From positions 1-14,484 of the forward strand of contig JBDZWC010000076.1 in NCBI GenBank assembly GCA_040256005.1: a stretch of 14,484 nucleotides of DNA, in the 5' to 3' direction. Positions 8,149 through 14,484 of this stretch are shown here, in pieces. Below the pieces are notes generated by a model, which was given only the letters and a program-made list of their open reading frames with translations, did not search any database and was not told the origin of the DNA. A program made the position numbers and the translations under genes. The first letter of the stretch is position 1; each line of letters opens with the position of its first letter. Source of the DNA: Deinococcaceae bacterium (GTDB lineage Bacteria; Deinococcota; Deinococci; Deinococcales; Trueperaceae).

Positions 8149-9039
8149 CTACCGCGGCCGCTTGACCAACACCGGCGTGCGCGACACCTGGGTGAAGCCC
8201 ACGAGCCTCAGGAGGTCGCCCAGTTTGCCGTCGAGCAAAGAGACCTCCGCCTCAACGACGCCGACCGGGCTGAAGGACGACAGCTCCTGCAGGGCCGAGA
8301 TGACGAGGCGCCTGAGCATCGTCGAGTCGGAGCGCAGCTCACCGGCCACGCCCACAGCGTCCAGCGTGTAGCGGCCGTCGACGCGGCGCTGGCCGAGGCC
8401 GAAGAAGGCGTACCCCACGGGCTTTTGGTCGAGTGTCTCCCTGGCGAGGAACCACAGGTCGGGATGGAAGGGGCCATGCCTGCGCTTGAGGTACGCCCAG
8501 CCGGCGTCGCTGACGTCCCGCCCCTCGGCGGCGGCGTAGAACTCACGGAAGCGCTTGTCCGAGCCCAACGACCAGGCCTCGAACAGCAGCGGGCTGCCGA
8601 TGGGCGGCACCTGCGAGAGGTCGAAGCGCAGGGAGCGGGTCTCGTCGACCTCGAAGCCCAGCGGCTCGAGAGCCGCGGCCAGGGCCCTGCGCCTGTCCGC
8701 CGGGACCGCGTCGAGCCGGAGCACGGCCGACTCGTGGGGGAAGCGGGCCAGCAGTGACGCCACGAGGTCGCGCGCATCTGCCGCGTCCTCCTCGTGCCAA
8801 GGGCTGGAGAGCACGAGGTTCCTGGCGTCGTCGTCGGGGTCGGGCGCCTGCACGACGACGCCGGCGCTGGGCGCCTCGCCCTCGCGGGCGAGCACGTGAC
8901 ACGCACCCGCGTCGCCCCTAGGGTCTCGGAAGCGCCCGGACAGCCTGAGCGACATGCCGTGGGGGTCCGGGTGTCCCAGGAACGCCAGCGCGCGGCCGAC
9001 GAACCAGGGCAGCTCGTCTGAGCCCAGGCTACGGATCAC
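8149..9039 (-). CDS. Hypothetical protein, probable tandem GNAT-like fold (degenerate)
   Basis: Start reassigned to GTG 9039 (MIRSLGSDELPWF..., 296 aa), 8 nt after -10 TAGACT, which avoids overlap with rsmD. The two halves end in LEPLGF and LRLVGF. FHPDLWFLA...PVGYAF...LDAVGV resembles GNAT beta strands. Confidence 0.7.
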   Translation of the reverse strand: MIRSLGSDELPWFVGRALAFLGHPDPHGMSLRLSGRFRDPRGDAGACHVLAREGEAPSAGVVVQAPDPDDDARNLVLSSPWHEEDAADARDLVASLLARFPHESAVLRLDAVPADRRRALAAALEPLGFEVDETRSLRFDLSQVPPIGSPLLFEAWSLGSDKRFREFYAAAEGRDVSDAGWAYLKRRHGPFHPDLWFLARETLDQKPVGYAFFGLGQRRVDGRYTLDAVGVAGELRSDSTMLRRLVISALQELSSFSPVGVVEAEVSLLDGKLGDLLRLVGFTQVSRTPVLVKRPR

Positions 9040-9047
9040 GGTCAGCC

Positions 9048-9053
9048 AGTCTA
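9048..9053 (-). promoter_or_regulatory. Putative -10 box (TAGACT), leaderless promoter of the GNAT-like gene
   Basis: GGGTAGACT on the minus strand, 8 nt before an in-frame GTG. Confidence 0.55.
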
Positions 9054-9092
9054 CCCGGCGTACCCGGGCTCCCACCCGACGACCAGGGCCGT

Positions 9093-9098
9093 TAAGCT
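9093..9098 (+). promoter_or_regulatory. Putative -10 box (TAAGCT), leaderless promoter of rsmD
   Basis: TANNNT 6 nt before ATG 9105, with no SD. Confidence 0.6.
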
Positions 9099-9104
9099 CA
9101 CGGC

Positions 9105-9641
9105 ATGTCGAAACCCCGCATCCTGGGCGGCACGGCCAAGGGCCGGGCGCTGCAGACGCCTGCCAGGGGCACGCGGCCCAGCCCGTCACGGCTGCGGGAG
9201 GCGCTGTTCGACATCGTCGCCTTCGAGCCCCGGGGCCGGTTCCTCGACCTCTTCGCCGGCTCGGGAGCGGTGGGGCTCGAGGCGGCCAGTCGAGGCTTCG
9301 ACGCCGTGCTCGTGGAGCTGGCCAAGCCGGCGGCCGCCGTCATCGAGCGCAACGCCAGGGACCTGGGCCTGGCCGTGCGCGTCGTGCGCGGAGACGCCAG
9401 CGCATACGCGGCGCGGCATCCCCGCGAGTTCGACGTCGTGTTCGCCGCGCCCCCCTACCCACTGGACCTCGAGCAGGTCTTCCTGCAGGTCATGTCCACG
9501 GGCGCCGCGCGGCAGGGTGGGCTGTACGTGCTGCAGCACCCGACGGGCTTCGCACCGAGCCTCCCGAGCGAGCTCCGGGCGGCGAGCCTCAAGCTCCACC
9601 GCTACGGTTCCAACGCCCTCACGACGGTGCGCGTGCCATGA
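9105..9641 (+). CDS. rsmD: 16S rRNA G966 N2-methyltransferase RsmD family
   Basis: RILGGTAKGRAL, TRPSPSRLREALF, SAM-binding FLDLFAGSGAVGLEAASRG, motif IV variant FAAPPY and C-terminal RYGSNALT. Confidence 0.9.
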   Translation: MSKPRILGGTAKGRALQTPARGTRPSPSRLREALFDIVAFEPRGRFLDLFAGSGAVGLEAASRGFDAVLVELAKPAAAVIERNARDLGLAVRVVRGDASAYAARHPREFDVVFAAPPYPLDLEQVFLQVMSTGAARQGGLYVLQHPTGFAPSLPSELRAASLKLHRYGSNALTTVRVP

Positions 9642-9695
9642 GCCCGTGACGCGCGCAGGCTCAGGGTCGCCATACACGGACGGTCCGGCCTCAGG

Positions 9696-9704
9696 TGTTA
9701 GGCT
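9696..9704 (+). promoter_or_regulatory. Putative extended -10 promoter for secA (TGn-TAGGCT)
   Basis: TG at 9696-9697 and TAGGCT at 9699-9704, about 40 nt upstream of the ATG. SD AGAGGT at 9736-9741. Confidence 0.5.
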
Positions 9705-9745
9705 GTCTGGCGGCCGCTTCGCAGCGAGCAGACCCAGAGGTATCC

Positions 9746-12589
<2,844 letters not shown>

Positions 12590-12605
12590 AGGGCGGCCTG
12601 ACCGC

Positions 12606-13556
12606 TTGACCTCGCGCGACGGGCTCACGACGGGCTTCGCGGCGCGTCTCCATGCGCGCCGGCGCAGGCTGGGCACGGCCGTCTGCCTGGGGCTGGACCC
12701 GCGCCCGACCGCGCACCCGCTCACGGATCCGGCTCGGCTCGGCGCAGCACACCCGTGGGACGACGCGGTGCTGGCGGCCGTGACCGAGTACTGCACGGCC
12801 ATCCTGGACGCGACAAGCGACGTGATCGCCGCCTGCAAGCCGCAGGCGGCGTTCTTCGAGGCTCTGGGACCGGGCGGCATACAGGTCCTGGCGGCGGTGA
12901 TGGCGCACGCCCGGAGGCTGGGGGTGCCCGTGATCCTCGACGCCAAGCGCGGCGACATCGGTACCACTGCCACCGCATACGCCGCGGCCTACCTCGGCGC
13001 AGGCCCGTTGGCTGCCGACGCTCTCACGGTGAGCCCGTACCTGGGCCTCGACACGCTGGAGCCGTTCGTGACCGCGGCGGTAGGTGGCGGCAGGGCTGTC
13101 TACGTGCTGGTGCGCACGTCGAACCCTGGCAGTCGCGACCTTCAGGGCCTGGCGTTGGCAGCCGGCGGCACCGTCGCCGGCCACCTGGCGCAGCGGCTGG
13201 CCCGGCTGGCGGAGGCCCTGCCGACCGACGAGGACGGCTACACGTGCCTGGGCGCCGTGGCCGGCGACCCCGGAGCCATGGCTGCGGTCAGGGCCGCGCT
13301 CCCGCGCTCCCCCCTGCTGGTGCCGGGGTACGGAGCGCAGGGCTCGGAAGCGCGAGACGTGCTGCCGGCTTTCGATGGCTCCGGCCTCGGCGCAGTGGTG
13401 AACGCCAGCCGCACGCTCACGTACGGCGCCGGGTTCGACCAGGCGGGCACGTTCGCCGAGTTGGGCACGAGAGCCAGGGCCGCCGCGAGCGCGATGCGCG
13501 ATGAGCTCGAGTCCGCTCTAGCCGCCGGGGTCAGGGCGTCTGCAGGTAGGACATGA
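12606..13556 (+). CDS. pyrF: Orotidine-5'-phosphate decarboxylase (subfamily 2)
   Basis: Motifs CLGLDP, KPQAAFFE, catalytic ILDAKRGDIG (DxKxxD), DALTVSPYLG, VRTSNPGS, LVPGYGAQG and VNASR. TTG start 16 nt after the secA stop; the exact start is uncertain. Confidence 0.95.
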   Translation: MTSRDGLTTGFAARLHARRRRLGTAVCLGLDPRPTAHPLTDPARLGAAHPWDDAVLAAVTEYCTAILDATSDVIAACKPQAAFFEALGPGGIQVLAAVMAHARRLGVPVILDAKRGDIGTTATAYAAAYLGAGPLAADALTVSPYLGLDTLEPFVTAAVGGGRAVYVLVRTSNPGSRDLQGLALAAGGTVAGHLAQRLARLAEALPTDEDGYTCLGAVAGDPGAMAAVRAALPRSPLLVPGYGAQGSEARDVLPAFDGSGLGAVVNASRTLTYGAGFDQAGTFAELGTRARAAASAMRDELESALAAGVRASAGRT

Positions 13557-14451
13557 TCGACACCGGGGAGACGTTCGTCTTCACACGCGACAGCAAGCCG
13601 ATGAGGGTGGCGAAACCCACCTCCGGCCCGTCGAACACGGCCGCGTAGACGTCCGCCCGACCCAGCCCCTGCAGCGTGAAGGCGAAGGCGTCAAGCTCGT
13701 CCCCGGCGGGCACCTCCAGCGGCAGGCCGTCCACCTGGGGCTCCGTCGCCACCACGTACATGCGTGAGTCGTTGTGCGCCAGGAACAGGTCGCGAGCGGT
13801 CTCCTCAGGCGCCGTGAGGTAGGCGCTGACGTGGACGGCGCAGTTGCTCAGGTGCGGCAGGACGTCGCGCGGCGCCCCGTGCAGGTCCACACCACGCTGC
13901 GGCCGGAACACGAGCAGCCGCGGGTACACGGTCCAGTTCCAGATGATCGCCATGAACGACAGCTCGCCGCCGCCGTCCTGGTCCTCGGCCAGCAGGGCTG
14001 CCGGGCGCACGACCTCTGACACCTTGGCGAGCGTGACGGCGAGGTCCTCGACGAGGTCGCCCACCGTCCCGACGTCGGAAGGGAGCGGGCCATCCTGCTT
14101 GTACCAGCGCAGGAACCGCCTGTTCATCTGCTGCCAGGTCTGGGCGTCCAGCCCGTCGGCCGCCCACGTGTTGGGGAGCAGCCCCCAGCCGGCGACCTGG
14201 CGCACCACGGCGCGGTCGGGGTGGTCCTCCGGCAGGCTGACGTTCGGGACCATCATGGCCGGCAGCGCCGGCTCCACGAGCGAGACCGCGGCATGCATGA
14301 GCAGCGCGGCGTCGAGGCCCGTGGCCGGCCGGTCCAACTGGCCCCCTTCGACGCTGCTGACGAGCTCCTCCTGACACACCTGGGCCAAGCTCAGAGACGC
14401 GCCGGCGAGCGCGAGGAGAGCCAGGAGGGCACGCACGATGGGCCGCGACAT
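13531..14451 (-). CDS. Secreted hypothetical protein, possible degenerate S-layer homology (SLH)-like N-terminal region
   Basis: Sec signal peptide MSRPIVRALLALLALAGASLSLA|Q, coding-like codon usage, 306 aa, and a -10 box directly upstream. Confidence 0.8.
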   Translation of the reverse strand: MSRPIVRALLALLALAGASLSLAQVCQEELVSSVEGGQLDRPATGLDAALLMHAAVSLVEPALPAMMVPNVSLPEDHPDRAVVRQVAGWGLLPNTWAADGLDAQTWQQMNRRFLRWYKQDGPLPSDVGTVGDLVEDLAVTLAKVSEVVRPAALLAEDQDGGGELSFMAIIWNWTVYPRLLVFRPQRGVDLHGAPRDVLPHLSNCAVHVSAYLTAPEETARDLFLAHNDSRMYVVATEPQVDGLPLEVPAGDELDAFAFTLQGLGRADVYAAVFDGPEVGFATLIGLLSRVKTNVSPVSIMSYLQTP

Positions 14452-14458
14452 GCCGGCG

Positions 14459-14464
14459 AGTCTA
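14459..14464 (-). promoter_or_regulatory. Putative -10 box (TAGACT), leaderless promoter of the secreted protein gene
   Basis: TANNNT 7 nt before ATG 14451, with no SD. Confidence 0.6.
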
Positions 14465-14484
14465 ACCGTCAGAAGAGGTTGTAG

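Noticed and set aside
9040..9189. N-terminal extension of the minus-strand ORF given by the ORF track (start 9189)
   Set aside because: It overlaps rsmD head-to-head and has non-protein-like composition. A -10 box supports GTG 9039.
9705..9740. Structured secA leader (CGCT-TCGC-AGCG hairpin; GTCTG/CAGAC)
   Set aside because: The stems are short and expected by chance at this GC content, and part lies upstream of the predicted TSS. There is no secM-like ORF.
9695..9745. Longer secA start at GTG 9695
   Set aside because: ATG 9746 has an SD and gives the typical [10 protein letters not shown]-terminus. GTG 9695 lies within the putative promoter.

Overview
A very GC-rich, gene-dense core-chromosome window with 12 protein-coding genes and no rRNA, tRNA, CRISPR array or mobile element. 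The organism is probably Deinococcota (Truepera-like). This is inferred from repeated TANNNT -10 boxes 6-8 nt before start codons, an APPY-type RsmD and the gene set. Gene order: (+) 5'-truncated MacB/FtsX-type ABC permease, LolD-like ATPase and MMPL/RND transporter; (-) lipoprotein with two LEA_2/WHy-like domains; (+) LiuC-like enoyl-CoA hydratase, ddl and HNH endonuclease; (-) degenerate tandem-GNAT-like protein; (+) rsmD, secA and pyrF; (-) secreted protein with an SLH-like segment. The most interesting items are: (i) an AT-richer array of four 9-nt repeats over a near-consensus ddl promoter, which also encodes a Met-periodic leaderless micro-ORF whose stop overlaps the ddl start; (ii) a putative envelope lipid-export module (ABC + MMPL, with an adjacent LEA_2 lipoprotein); (iii) a DPPY->APPY RsmD variant; and (iv) two uncharacterised proteins with degenerate GNAT-like and SLH-like features. 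All family calls come from motif recognition by eye; no searches were run.
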